A stretch of DNA of 64,000 nucleotides from Octopus sinensis (Eukaryota). The translations under genes were made by a program, and so were the position numbers. Every line of letters starts with the position of its first letter. The first letter of the stretch is position 1. The stretch spans positions 42,222,001 to 42,286,000 of the forward strand of contig NC_043000.1 of assembly GCF_006345805.1 (NCBI RefSeq). The letters are read 5' to 3'. Of this stretch, positions 23,870-38,227 are shown piece by piece. The notes under the pieces are model-generated. The model was not told where the DNA came from. It did not search any database and saw nothing but the letters and a program-made list of their open reading frames with translations.

Positions 23870-24062
23870 GACCGCGTGTGTACCGTTGGCGATTTTTTCT
23901 CCTCTGTCTTCCCTTCTTTGGATCTTTCCTTTTCCTATGTTTCTGACGAAGAGCTCCGCTCAAAACGTTAAACCCTCCTTCTTTCCTTCTTTCCTGAGCG
24001 TCCAATAATACTATACTTGTTCCACGTCCTTGCATTGTTGTGTTTTCATGTTTGGATTAACT
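23870..24062 (+). mobile_element. (TA)n-flanked short cassette with hammerhead-like motif
   Basis: Unique C/T-rich stretch between two TA arrays, containing CTGACGAAGAGCTCCGCTCAAAACGTT. Confidence 0.45.
23939..23973 (+). ncRNA. Minimal hammerhead-like motif, G12 mutated to A
   Basis: GTTT/AAAC stem I; CTGACGA; GAGC-tcc-GCTC stem II; AAAA in place of GAAA; ACGT palindromic stem III. Confidence 0.55.
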
Positions 24063-24063
24063 T

Positions 24064-24145
<82 letters not shown>

Positions 24146-24150
24146 CATAT

Positions 24151-24237
<87 letters not shown>

Positions 24238-24374
24238 TACATACACACATACACACACCCATACACACACATGTATTTGTATATATGTATATATATATCG
24301 ATCTATAGTCTCAGAGAGAGAGATAAAGTTAAATATCCAGATATTTCATAATTTTCTTGTTTTATTTCTTATAG

Positions 24375-24532
24375 AATTCTTTGATAGAGTTGATGGTGAT
24401 TTGAGCTTGAGTTTTGGTGGCTTACATGGCCGAAGTCAAAAGAAAAAAGATCCCCCAATTGAGCGAGACTTAGTTTTAACCCTCGAAGAAGTTTACCACG
24501 GATGTCTAAAAAAGATGAGAATATCCCGCCGT
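24375..24532 (+). CDS. DNAJB13: DNAJB13 exon 4 ([53 protein letters not shown])
   Basis: ATAG acceptor, GTGAGT donor, 158 nt; FGGLxGR..KxDPxxERDL is typical of DNAJB13. Confidence 0.95.
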
Positions 24533-27475
24533 GTGAGTATTTTGGAGCTATTGTTGTTGTTGTTGTTGTTGTTGTTGTTTTAGTTGAGTAACGTCTGCTC
24601 CACTTTACTTGGGTGGGCATATTATATGAACATGGTCAGTCCAATTTTATTTTGTTGTGTAACTACTGGTAAAAGCAGACAAGTTATATCTATGGTCAAA
24701 GGCATTCCAGCTATGACCTTCCCATCTTTCACTCGAGGACATTGTGTATTTAAGAATCATCATCGTCAACATCATCATTATTATTTCATATTTGTTTTTC
24801 TATACCAGCATCAGTTGGACAGGTTTTTTTGAAGCAGTATTTTGCAGTTGGATACACTTCTCATTGCCAGTTCTTTTAATTGCTTTTTACAACATCCAGG
24901 GACATATTATGCTTATTCTAAAACCAAGATACACTTGGCAATGTGTCTGCTTTGTGATAGCTGTAGTTGCTGTATCTAGCAGTACAAACGATGACCCCAT
25001 TGTCTATCTTTGTGGAAAAGGGAGGGATAATTAGTTGATTTCTTCTTCCACCTTGCATATACTGACTTTATTTTCTGTGGCCCCTTTGTTACATTTTAAG
25101 GTACAATATTTACACATGATTGATGCAAAGTACAAGCTAGAGTGTAGAAAGTCCATTCTTGTGGTGATTGCAGAGAAAGTGAGAATTACTTTGTGAAAAT
25201 TACTTTTGTGTTGTTGTTTTTGTCACAGGTATTTCATTAATGTGAAGGTGTCTGGTATGGTGGTTAGTGTGATTGGCATATGATAATAATTTATGGGTCC
25301 ATTACTAGATTAGGCAGAGCATTTCGTCTTTGAGCAGAGCACTTCATTTTACAATGGCTCAGTGTATTCAAGTGTAACGGGTATCACACAGGGTGTTGGT
25401 GTAGCCCTTTTGTCTCTCTTCTCTAATTGTTACCTCTTTGATTTCAGCTAGGTCAAGTGTGAAGAGATTGAGAAGGGGTCCATATCTATCTGCAACTATG
25501 GGCACCTAAAACAAACCATACTTACTCATGAGTTATTATTTCCTACACGATATCTAAAAAATAATCATAAGAGTATTATATAAATAATACAAGTAATTTT
25601 AACCTTAGAGGGTAACTGAACTTAGTATTTAGAAGAATGAAAATATTAATCACAACAATTTTAGGGGAGGGGTAAGCTGATTCCATCAACCCAGTGTTCA
25701 ACTGGTACTTATTCTATTGATTCCAAAAGGACGAAAAGCAAATTGACCTTGGTGGAATTTGGACTCAGACTGTAAAGACAGACAAAATGCTGCTAAGCAT
25801 TTCGCCCAGTGTACTAATGGTTCTACCAGCTCACTCCTTTAGAGAATGCAAGTATTGTAATGTATTTAGTCTGGTCACACAATGTGGGCTCAGTGGCAAG
25901 ATATCAATTACCGAATCCTTGTCTGACTAATAACTTATGAACTTATCTTACTGTGAAACTCACTCTTTTTGACAAAAGCTCAAACCAGTTCAGTCCTGTC
26001 CTTCTTTGGGTTGGCTGATGCTTCATGTGGTGAGAAAATGAAGACATGGTTGCAGCTCAATTAGGTAAACCTCATATTAATTAATGGTTAAAGTGTCTAT
26101 GAATTTCGTTGTTTTTGGAATCTTATATTTTAAAAGAGAAGCTGATCTCCACGTGTCTGTCTGTCTGTCTCACCATCTATTAGAGGAAGAGAAGAAGAGA
26201 AGGAATCAAAAGAGGAAATAACTCCTGTTACAACATATACTTAGAAAAAGGGGAAGAGAAAATGTTGTTCAGAGAGAAATACAGAGGGAAAGAGAGAGAG
26301 GGATGAGGAGTAGGAGAGAGAAAGATAATAGATAGATTGGTAGTGTTGTCATCATAGTAACTAACAAGTTTTGATTAAAAATGTGAGACTTTTAAGTGCA
26401 GGTCTGTCAACACAATGCAACATAGACTTCAAAACACAAACAAAAAACTATATATGTGCATATTATACATGTTGTTTTTGGTTGTTTGTTTGTGTGTCTG
26501 TGATTTTGTACATTTTTCAACATAGACAATGCAACACTAACTTTGAAAGAAGACTCACTACAATGACAGGTGGTTGTTGTTGTTGAGAGAGAAATACAGT
26601 GAAAAAGAGCAAGAGCATGTGCATGATAGAATTAAAATTTGTTTCAATGATCATAACAAACAGGTTGTTATGATCATTGTAATAAGCTTCTGCTGAAGGA
26701 TCTATTTCATCTTGACTAGGTCATTACCTGGCAACATAGCAACTGGTAATGACTTGTACATAGAAATTTCAAACTGGATTCTATCTCGGCTTTAATCTTA
26801 ACATAGTAGATCAAACATTTTACTATTGTTTTGTAACCACGGCTAACTATGATCTTGTAGATCTAGATATATTTTTACCTTTTATGTAAATAGAAGTCAC
26901 ATTCTGAGGTAGATTTGGCTGCTAATTATTGCTTGCTGATGGCAGTGTAGAAGCTTTTGTTGTGGATTGGTGGGTAATATTTGTTGTTTAGCATGAGATT
27001 AGCATTGATTGAGCAGGTCTATGCTGAAAAGTATTCCAGCAATGACTTGCTCACATTATATTTTCAATGTAGTGTATCTAAAACTACATTAATCAGTACA
27101 TTTTTTTCCTTTTGAAGATGGCAAAACATGATTGAAGGAGATTTTGTTGCTATTTTCAGCTGGTCAAATGCCCATTTATAGATTCCATTGTTGGATCATG
27201 TTGGATCATGTTCAAATGGATGGTACTTACTCATAATATTATTTCATTTAATCTCATTTCCTGCTAATCCTGGAGAGTAAATACCAATACAAGTACAATC
27301 TTGAATTTTTCATTCCTTATCTTTCTTTTAGATACAAAACTAGAAGGCAGTTTCTGTCTGACAAATCCACCCATAAGGCTTGGCTGGCCTGAGGCTATAG
27401 TAGAAGATGGGAATGAATACAGAATCACATAGTTGGGAAGCAAACTTCTTACCACACAGCCATGCCTGCACATGT

Positions 27476-27506
<31 letters not shown>

Positions 27507-27654
27507 CGACGGGCTTCTTTCAATTTCCGTCTACCAAATCCACTCACAAGGCTTTGGTCGGCCCAAGGCTATAGTAGAAGATGCCACACAGTGGGACTGA
27601 ATCCGGAACCATGTGGTTGGTAAACAAGCTAATTACCACACAGCCACTCCTGCG

Positions 27655-27695
<41 letters not shown>

Positions 27696-28939
27696 ATGCT
27701 TTTCCATTTTTGTCTTATTTGATAACCTAAGGAAGACGTGAACTGTATTGCATGTCTTCTTAGATTGGTGGTGTTGCTACAATACATGTTTAAACTTCTG
27801 AAGGCTGATACCATAAGTGGAAAAACTGAACTAGGAGAATGATCCAGGGAATTTAAGTTTTGTAGTAGAAAGAGTTGTAAAAATAAGTATTTGATACTGA
27901 GTTTTGGAAATATAGTATACAGTTGACAGAAACAGAAGAAATATGTTTAATTGATCTTTGAGTTTAGAGAGAGGCAGTGTTGGCTGTATTATTGGTAGAA
28001 AGTACAGTGAGCTGATTCTGGTTATGAAGTGGCTGAGTTGTTAGAGTATTTATTCTAGCTCTCCGCATTTTGAGTTCAAATCCTACCATATTATGCTTTG
28101 TGTTTCATTTATCTGGGGCTGCTAAATTAAGTGCCAATCCAGTACTAAGGCCAGTTTTTCTTTCTCTCTCTCTTTCATTCCTCTCCTCTCTCTTTCATTC
28201 CTCTTCTCTTCTCTTTTCTTCTCTCTCTCTCCTCTCTCTCTCTCCTCTTCTCTCTCTCCTCTTCTCACTCTCTTTCTCCCATTCCTCTTCTCACTCTCTT
28301 CAAAAGAAATTGAAACTGTCGCAGGCCTGCAGCGGGATGAGCTCCACTAGTTTCTTATTTCTTTATTGCCCACATGGGGCTAAACATAGAGGGAACAAAC
28401 AAGGACAGACAAAAAGATTAAGTCGATTACATCGACCCCAGTGCATAACTGGTATTATTTTATCGACCCCCGAAAGGATGAAAGGCAAAGTCGCCTAAGG
28501 CATGTTGTATGTCACAAAGATACCTTTATGATTGTGTCAGATGTTCAGGATGAAAGGTAATGCAGAATACAGTGGGATATTACAGTATTTTAATGGTTAA
28601 CATATTAGTGTTTATGACTAATGGTTTGCTAATCAATGACACAATATATTAACTTTCTGAAATGATTTTTGTGTATATTAACTGCTCCAACCGAAATATG
28701 GAAGCTGCAAGATTAGTAGCGATTTATATTTAGAAACATTTCTTGAAAAACATACACCACAGAACTGACAAAAGAAAGGACCCGTTAGCTTATGTAGTCC
28801 AGTATACACAATGATAAGAAAAAAGATATTGGTTCAATGACCGGGTAGCTAGAAAAATAAAAAACTGTAGACCTCTCCCAAACAACATACTATCACCTTG
28901 AATAAACGAGGGGTGGGGAGGTGATATTAGCTACTAAAG

Positions 28940-28967
28940 CATTATATATACATAATAAATTGCATAT

Positions 28968-29019
<52 letters not shown>

Positions 29020-29459
29020 CATACATATATACATATATATATATATACATATGTATATATACATATATATATGTATATATATATGCATATATACATATGT
29101 ATTCATATGTATATATATGTATATATATATACATACGTATATACATATGCATGTTATATATATATTATATATATATACATATATGTATATGTATATATAT
29201 GTATATATGGTATTACATTTGTATATATACATATAAATATATATATATATGTATATGTATATATATACATATATATGCATGTATATATTATATATATGCA
29301 TATACACATATATATATATGTATATTATACATACACATATACACATACATAGACTATATATATGCATATGCAATATATACATGTATAAATACGCACACAC
29401 ACAGATATATATATATATATATAATATATATATGTATAGCATTTTCTATTTTGACTTGT

Positions 29460-29512
<53 letters not shown>

Positions 29513-29988
29513 CACACGCACGCACACGCACATACATACCTACATGCACTATACATATACGTGTGGTTATGTGTGTCTGAAATAAACAGGTTAGTCACTG
29601 CTTGAATGTTTTTGATCAAAAGTCTGTTTCATCAGAGCTGACCTCAGGCTAAACAACACCAACTGAACCAGTAACTTTACTTTCTATATCTTCTCTTTAT
29701 TTCCAGTCCAATTTATGCTGGCATTGCCATGGCAAATCATTACAGCAAACAAACCTACCAATTCTCTCACTACACACGCACACATACACACACAAATACA
29801 CACACACATGCAGCACACACACAAATTCCTTTAGGTTTATGTTAGCCTTCTTTCCAACATCACATTGTTGCAAGAATTATTTGAATTATTCGTTTGATAG
29901 TCCTGAAGTTCTGTTACCCAAAGTTATATCAGATTAGGAGTGAAGAGGGGCTTCTACTTAACACTCTGTTCCTCTCCCACTCTCTCTA

Positions 29989-30028
<40 letters not shown>

Positions 30029-30055
30029 CTCTCTGTATATTATATATATATATAT

Positions 30056-30089
<34 letters not shown>

Positions 30090-30135
30090 TATTTATATGT
30101 ATAGATATATGTATATATATATATATATGTATATG

Positions 30136-30179
<44 letters not shown>

Positions 30180-30193
30180 AGTAATATTATATA

Positions 30194-30231
<38 letters not shown>

Positions 30232-30238
30232 TATATGT

Positions 30239-30269
<31 letters not shown>

Positions 30270-30347
30270 TATATTATTTATATGTATATATATATGTATA
30301 TAGATATTATATATATATATATATATATATTATTATTTATGTATATA

Positions 30348-30390
<43 letters not shown>

Positions 30391-30402
30391 TATATGTATA
30401 TA

Positions 30403-30463
<61 letters not shown>

Positions 30464-30481
30464 TACATATATATATATATA
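28940..30481. repeat. Long complex (TA)n/(TATG)n microsatellite blocks; similar arrays at 12895-13008, 24062-24300, 33028-33125, 50243-50680
   Basis: Directly visible; these account for the I/Y-rich spurious ORFs. Confidence 0.95.
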
Positions 30482-31129
30482 ACCCACTCTTTCTCCTTCT
30501 CTTGCTTTTCTCTTGTTTGTATTTTCTGAGTAAGAAGGTGGGTACCTTATTGTGTGTAAGGCTAAGGCTATCAAAATGTCCTATTGTAATCTCAGTTCTT
30601 TGGTGTTTTCCCTTTGTGAGAAGATACATGATCTGTGTGGAGGGATATATTCAGAGGTTGGTGGATGAAGGTGCAGAGGTGAAGAACGGCAAGAGAAGAG
30701 AAAGTCGTACACAAACATTTCATTTCTCTTCACACACGTGCTTTAGTCAACACATAAATGCATGCACACACTTTCACACTCAATAACACATGACATGCAT
30801 TGAGTGTGTGTGTGTGTGTGTGTAATATTAATATATATATATATATATATATAATATATATATTATATAGCCATGATACAGACAAGTTTTATATATAATA
30901 TATATATATATAATATATATATATATGAATCTGTCTATTATTCAAAGAAATTCCAACTCTGTCTGTTTTTTATGTTTTATTTATATTCTTTATAATATTA
31001 ATGTAGAATAAAGAATATATAGTATAAATAGTATATATAGTAAAATGAAATGAAGTATTGATTGTCTTATTGAATACATGAAATATTGAATATAAAATAT
31101 TAAGGGACTACTATATTTTCTTGCATTAT

Positions 31130-31920
31130 AGCAGTCTTCAAGGTCCCAGAATGCGAAAAACCTGGGCAAAGTTTAGAAAGCTTCTACCCCTACTGTGACA
31201 AAGGGTCTCTTGCTTAGAGTGAAAGGTAGATTGTACAATGCATGTGTGCGAACTGCCATGCTTCACGGTAGTGAAACATGGGCTGTGACTGTAGAGGACA
31301 TGCGTAGGCTTGAAATAAATGAAACTAGCATGATCGGCTGGATGTGTAATGTCAGTGTACACACAACAGAATGTAAGCACCCTGAGAGAAATGCTGGACA
31401 TAAGAAGCATTGGATGTGGCATGCAAGAGAGCCATTTGTACTGGTATGGTCATGTACTATGGATGGATAACGAGAGATGTGTGAAGAAGTGCCATTCCCA
31501 AACAGTTGAAGGAAGCCAGGGTAGAAGTACACCCAGGAAGACATGGGATGTGGTGATCAAGCATGACCTTCGAACGTTGGGCTTCACAGAGGCAATGACG
31601 AAAGACCGAGACCTCTGAAGGTATGCTGTGGCTGCGAAGACCCAACAAATAATGTGAGTTCATGCCTGTTTCCTGCACCAGCTTCACATAACAGCCCCAG
31701 CCCAACCAAAGTACCTTGGATCGCAGGACGGCCTGCTGTGCTTACCTTGGATCATAGGGCAACCTGCTGTGCATACCTACTTAGTCAAGTACCTCAACAT
31801 CAAATAAAAATAAAATGGAAATTGTAGTAGTGATACCTGTGCCGGTGGCACGTAAAAGCACCATCTGAACGTGGCCGATGCCAGTGCTGCCTTGACTGGC
31901 TTCCATACCGGTTGCACATA
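31130..31920 (+). mobile_element. RTE LINE fragment, same family as 51243-52960
   Basis: LRVKGRLYNACVRTAMLHGSETW, LYWYGHVLWMD...RKTWDVVIKHDL. Confidence 0.88.
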
Positions 31921-31929
31921 AATATGTTT

Positions 31930-32520
31930 GTATAAGACTAAAACTCTCATCTATCAGACATATATCTTTTATGGAAGAGAAACATTGATAATGTATTTAA
32001 GTCTAAAAAGAAGACTAAAGGGGTCCTACATGTGTTCATTGAGGAAGATTCTTAGCATCAGACAGCAAAAAAAGTTCTTGACACCAAAGTGTTCTGGAGA
32101 GCAGAAGTCCCATCACTCTTCCCCATACTTAGATCTAGATGACTCATATGACCAAGCATGTTACATGAATGGATGACCCCAGGATACCTGAACAAATGTT
32201 GTATGGAGAGCCAGAAGCTGGATAAAAGAGCATAGGACATCTAATATCCTATGTGTTTTAATGACCAATGTAAAAGTACCCTGAAAGAGTTCTCCATCGA
32301 TGATGGAAAATGCAAAGTGTCAGCAAAGAACTTTAGCAAGTGGAGATCAGCTGTGTGTAGAGGAGCCAAAGCTTATGAAGAAACCCACATTCAACATGTT
32401 GAGGAGTTGAGATAAAGATGTAAGTGCACAATAGTCATAGATGCTTCAAATTCAACATTGTCCTCCTGTAGGTGTTGCCAAAATCCATGTCATATCTGTA
32501 TAGCATTTCTAACCCATGAA
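31930..32520 (+). mobile_element. Degenerate BovB-like RTE fragment (different family)
   Basis: Remnants such as CSLRKILSIR, RMDDPRIP.QMLYGE, DQCKSTLKEFSID, KWRSAV. Confidence 0.65.
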
Positions 32521-32824
32521 AGGTGCTGTCCTAGAAATTAACTGAAGAAGGGGACTGTAAGAAATGAAGAAGATACTCTCTGAAATACAATTGGCCATTG
32601 ACACAAAAAAGTTCATGTGTGTACATATATGCGTATAAATATGTAGGTATTTATCTATATTACATATATGTATATATATATATAATCAGCCGAAATTGCG
32701 AGGATGATCCGGTCCTTGACTGAAGATAAAAGGCTTTGAATGATCCGTCCGTGTTATTTTGTATTTTATTTCATATATATATATATAGCGGTGAAGGTAC
32801 ACTTTGTTCTTATATATATATATA

Positions 32825-33026
32825 CTTTATTTAAAGCAGCAGAAAATTCTACAAAACCTGTTACTCTGAGTTTCACGTTGCCTGTTCATCGGACAGTTTT
32901 TGACTGAAACTCAGAGTAACAGGTTTTGTAGAATTTTCTGCTGCTTTAAATAAAGCATATTACTCTACCACTGGTATTTGAGTACTCTTTTTTTCCACCT
33001 TGTTTCATATTTATGTGTTTACTCCA

Positions 33027-33030
<4 letters not shown>
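32825..33030. mobile_element. (TA)n-flanked palindromic cassette with 51-bp perfect arms (32825-32875 / 32905-32955)
   Basis: Arms are exact reverse complements; 29-nt spacer. Confidence 0.65.
32853..32901 (-). ncRNA. Minimal hammerhead-like motif (U4C) within a 51-bp perfect inverted repeat
   Basis: Minus strand: AAAACTGT-CCGATGA-AC(A)G-GCAA-CGT-GAA-ACTC-A-GAGT-A-ACAG(G)TTTT. Confidence 0.65.
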
Positions 33031-33124
<94 letters not shown>

Positions 33125-33243
33125 ATGATATGAATTTATATTTATATATGTAGAACATTTTTACATATATATATGTACACACACACACATATAAATGCAA
33201 TATATATATATCTAGCCATTTATATCTGTCTACCCCTCCACAT

Positions 33244-33288
<45 letters not shown>

Positions 33289-34467
33289 ACATATATATAT
33301 ATGAAGAGACAGAAAGAGAGAGATGCATGCACATTTAACAGTAAATGGAGGTAGCACCAGCCTAGATAAACATACATAGGCTATAAGATGCCAAGGAGCT
33401 GTGATTCATCAACTATAATTGCAAAAAGATGAGCGTGTTGTATCACAGAAGACACAGAATACAAGACACAACATATAACATTGATGGCATGCAGGAGAGT
33501 TGCATTATTTATAGATACCAAAATACCACAAGCTGCATTTCCCGCTATGCCATTATGACATTTTGCAATGGCTTCTGGCTGTTATTTAATAAATTAGATC
33601 TACAATTTTACATTTGCCTGAAGTTTTAACTGCATGTCCTGGAGCCATGTTATAGTCATACCACACATCATCTATAAATGGCAAAAAAAGAAAAACACCG
33701 AAAACAGTGTGTAGCTCATAACATCATCCCATAATGACCCCTAACATCCTGCAATTATATTTTGTTACATTCCGCTATTGCTACAAGCTGCATATTTGCA
33801 TCTCTGGTAATATATTGATCAACCATGCCCGTGTGCATGTGTCTGAGTGTGTACATGCATGTATAAGTAGCTTTACGTGTTTCTGTTTGCGCATAAATAT
33901 ACACACAATTATATGTGTGCTGGTGTTTTATGAGTGTTTGTGAGTACATAGGGGTGTTATGTGTGTGTTTGTGTGTATGTGTCCCTTTGCAGTTATCATT
34001 TATAGATTATTTGCACATGGAATTCAATGCTTTCCTTTATTATAATCCAGTCAAAAGTAATTTAGAAAATTCATCTACAGAGTAAAACTTCTACCAAAAT
34101 TTGTTAATAGTATTAAGAGTGTATCTTGTCGAAATAAAATCAGAATTTTAACATATTGTCTTACAGATGACTTGTGATTCAGTCATGATTTTTGTTTGCT
34201 TTTTTTTATCCTTGTTTATTTTGTAACCTTTCAGTGACTGAAAGAAAAACAAAGGTATTGGTAATTAGATCTTGATGTTAATTTATATATTTATACACAA
34301 CTCACCTTTGGTATTGAGTTTCTTTCTCCCAAATCTAATTACAATGCATTTGTTGGTCCTGGATTATATCAGAAGGCCCTTATCAAAGGTACTGCTTAAT
34401 GGGACTGAACTCAAACCCACACAGTTGGAAAGCAAACTTCTTAAACACACAATTGTGTATATATATC

Positions 34468-34498
<31 letters not shown>

Positions 34499-34893
34499 AT
34501 GTATGTGCATACACTTACACATGTGCATGCACTCACACATATACAAGAATCATCTTGATAGTATTGTAAAAGTAGGCATAACTTCTCTTATTCATTTATT
34601 CATTTAATTGACCACAAGAGTCTTACACAGAAAGGAAGCTGCAGGCCGGACACACACATAATGATATGAATGACAAATGATATGGTGAAAAATGAGGGCA
34701 ACAGCAATGCCTGCCGATTGCTGTATACCCAAGCACATTGTTCCTTTATAAAACATTTTATAAAACATTTTGAGGCAACAAACTTCTTACAAAAACACAT
34801 TAAGGAGGCAATAGACCTCTTACATTGACTACATACAAACACAAGTTGTTACAATTGCACATGTTGATAGAATTGCTCTTCCTCCATACTGAG

Positions 34894-36309
34894 TTAGTAC
34901 TCAACATAATCTCCATGACAAGCAATGAATTTGCACCATACCAAACTGTGCATTGTTCCTCTCAGTCATTTCCCCCCTTGTCTGTGTCATCAAATCTTTA
35001 TCCCCAAATACTTTACTTCATTGGACTTAAAAGGTGAAAGTCAGCGGGCATCGGACAATGGTGAATCCACCCAGTAGTCTGATTTATTGCCAAAGATGTG
35101 CATGGTCAGAAATTATCATGTAGATCATATTAAGATTCTTGTTCAATCTCTACCTCCTAATAGTTTCTCTAAATATTTTATGTGTCTCAATGTACCACTT
35201 GCTGTTCATGGTAAAACCATAGTCTGATAAGCTAAGGAGCCTGTTGTCTTTGTCATCCTTGAAAAACAGTTATCATGATTTTCTGTATTGATCACTGGCT
35301 CATGAACTCCTTAGATCTGTGACTCCCATTTCATAGACTAAGTCTTTGCCTCTGGATCATACATACATGCTCACATTTCATCCAATCACCAGATCACAAA
35401 ATACATCTCTGCATTGCCTTCAAATGTTTCCAGCAGATCAAAGAAAACTTTCAGCTTTCTCATCTTCAAATCAGGTGTCAAGTGCCAAGATACTTACTTT
35501 AGAATATTTTTCAGTACCCCAAATTTTCCGTTACCTTTTGTAATGCATTGTGGCCAGAGTTCCATTGTGCAGCAAGTTCACACATTGTGGCCTGTAAATC
35601 CTTACAAATCAGTTTCTTCGCTTGCTGAGAATTTGTATTGATGGTTATTGTTGATGATGTCCCACTGTTGGTTTTCCTTCCTTTAAATGTCTTCATCTAT
35701 CTTTGTACATAGCTCTTGTCTCTGTAAATAATTTGTACCCTTTTCTAGATGTGAGACAATCTGCAACCTTCCTTTCTCGAGAACTCAATGAGAGCAAGTT
35801 GCTTCTGCTTGAAACTTATCATTTGCATTCATTAAAGTAAAAGAAAAAATATGTACCAGAAAAGAATAGTTACTCTCTCAACAGGCACTCCATTAGTTAG
35901 AATGACGAGGGTTCCAGTTGATCCAATCAATGGAACAGCCAGCTCATGAAATTAACTTGCAAGTGGCTGAGCACTCAGCAGTCAGTCATGCATGCCCTTA
36001 ACATAGTTCTCAGGAAGATTCAGTGTGAGACAGAATGTGACTAGGCTGGCCCTTTGAATTATAAGTATAACTCATTCTTGCTAACTGAGAGGGCTGGAAC
36101 AATGTGAAATAAAGCATCTCGCTCAAGGACATAATGCACTGCAGAGTACTGAACTCACAATCTTACAATTGCGAGCAAAATTTCTTAACCACTAAGCCAC
36201 GTACCATCACTGCTCTCCCAACAGGAGCAGTTTGAATGACGCCTGTCAGTTAATGAAAAAAAAGTTATGTTTCTTCACATTTTTCATTACTTTCGGTACA
36301 ACCCTTGTA
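34894..36309 (-). mobile_element. Decayed mariner transposon interrupted by a SINE
   Basis: Remnants of HTH (LICKDLQATMCELA...LGY), YDPEAK, LHDN, DFHL and GDYVE*; TIR-like TACAAGGGTTGTACCGAAAGTAATG at 36309-36285. Confidence 0.65.
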
Positions 36310-36951
36310 CACATCCATACATGCATACATATGTACACACACACACACACATACATACATACATACACATACATACATACATACATACATACATACATAC
36401 ATACATACATACATACATACACACACATGCATGTATACATATATGTATAATCATATATAAATTTTTAAAATAAATGTTTTTAAAGCCAGAACAATGCAAG
36501 TTATAATACAAGTCAATGGTTAATACTATTATCTCGTGTTTCAAAATTTCTGATTTAGAGTCCCTTCTTCAGGAAATTTATAGAGAAAAGGTGTTGACTA
36601 CTTATTTCTTTCTTAAGAGCAAAGAAGTCAGTTATGAACCCCTATTTCCTTACCCTGAAATGTTGAAATATCAGGTAATAGTATCAACTGCTGAACTGTA
36701 TCATTGACTTTTTTTTATAACATACATTGATATAGAGTTTACAAAAATATTAAAAAAATTTGATCTAAAAAGCACTTGTGATGATGACATGTGAAAAGCA
36801 CAATATACAAGTGGTTGGCATTAAGAAGGGCATCAAGTTGTAGAAACCAAACCCCAAAAAAATTATGGAACCTGATGCAGCCACTGGCTTTGGGAATTCC
36901 TTTCAAGCCATCCAACTCATGCCAGCATGGAAAACAGATGGTAAATGTTGT

Positions 36952-36995
<44 letters not shown>

Positions 36996-36997
<2 letters not shown>

Positions 36998-38194
36998 TAG
37001 CTTAAGGTGACCCGCTCTACGCATGGGTAAGAGTGTGGTTGTTATTTTCTGTTGCTTCCTTTCTGTTTTTTTATCACCACATTCTCCCTCTTTGTTTCTC
37101 TCTTCTTTCTCTCTCACTTTCCCACTCTCTTACTCTTCATTTCTCTTGGACTCTCCCTCGCTTTCTCTTACTCTCTATCTTTCTCTCTCCCATTTATAAA
37201 CAACAAAAGATCTTGAGTAAGTTGAGAAATAAAATATTTAGAATGATCAATCATAAATATCAGGCAGTGATAACGGAAAGGTCTGCTTCAAGGCAGAAAG
37301 CAAAACACTAACATTTAAAAGGGACAGACGAATTTGCGAGCTGAATAAAAAAATAAAAAAATATTGGAAACCAAAGTTTGAAGGGATAGAATCTGAGGAT
37401 AGTAGAGTCACCATGGCTGGCATTTCTTAACGACAGACAGCAACGTAGTGGCAGTTTAATGGCTGGCGTAAAATTTTGAACTTGATGTAAAAGAAAATTC
37501 CTAAACACCAAGCTTTGAAGTGATTCTTTCTCACAACAGTAGACTCACTATGGCAAGCATTCAAAACTTCTTCATCATGGACGGCAACACATTGACGATT
37601 TAAAGGCTGGCGCAATTTTTGTAGCTTCATGTAATAGAGAATTCCTAAACACCTGCTCCCATAAATTTTAATCCCCTTCAAGCCCCATTTAGACCTCTTT
37701 TCACATTTTGGTTAATATAACCCGATTTCATTCAGGTCTACTTAGGCCACATTTTATAAGATGAGGAATTTTGTCCTTGAGGTCACATCTTTCATTTGAG
37801 GAAAAAAATAGTTGCCATGCAAACTCGCCAGCACTTTTAACATAGGTGTGCGTATTTTCTGCACAACTGACCACATAATGCACACATATATATATATATA
37901 TATATATATGAGAACCATCCAAACATGGCCGTTGCCAGCCCCGCTCCAACTGGCCTCCGTGTTGGTGGCACGTAAAAAGCACCATCCGATTGTGGCCGTT
38001 TGCCAGCCTCGTCTGGCACCTGTGCAGGTGGCACATAAAAAGCACTCACTACACTCTCGGAGTGGTTGGCGTTAGGAAGGGCACCCAGCTGTAGAAACAC
38101 TGCCAGATCAGACTGGGTCTGGCACAGCCTTCTGGCTTCCCAGACCCCAGTTGAACCGTCCAACCCATGCTAGCATGAAAAACGGATGTTAAAC

Positions 38195-38227
<33 letters not shown>

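Noticed and set aside
24011-30786. Many I/Y-, H/T- and V/C-rich ORFs, also at 12833, 42523-43100, 50255-50757, 60634
   Set aside because: They are translations of (TA)n, (CA)n, (ATAC)n and (ATT)n microsatellites.
32720-32750. CTGAAGA...GAAT hammerhead candidate next to the 51-bp palindrome
   Set aside because: A15.1 is missing and there is no stem I or stem III complementarity.
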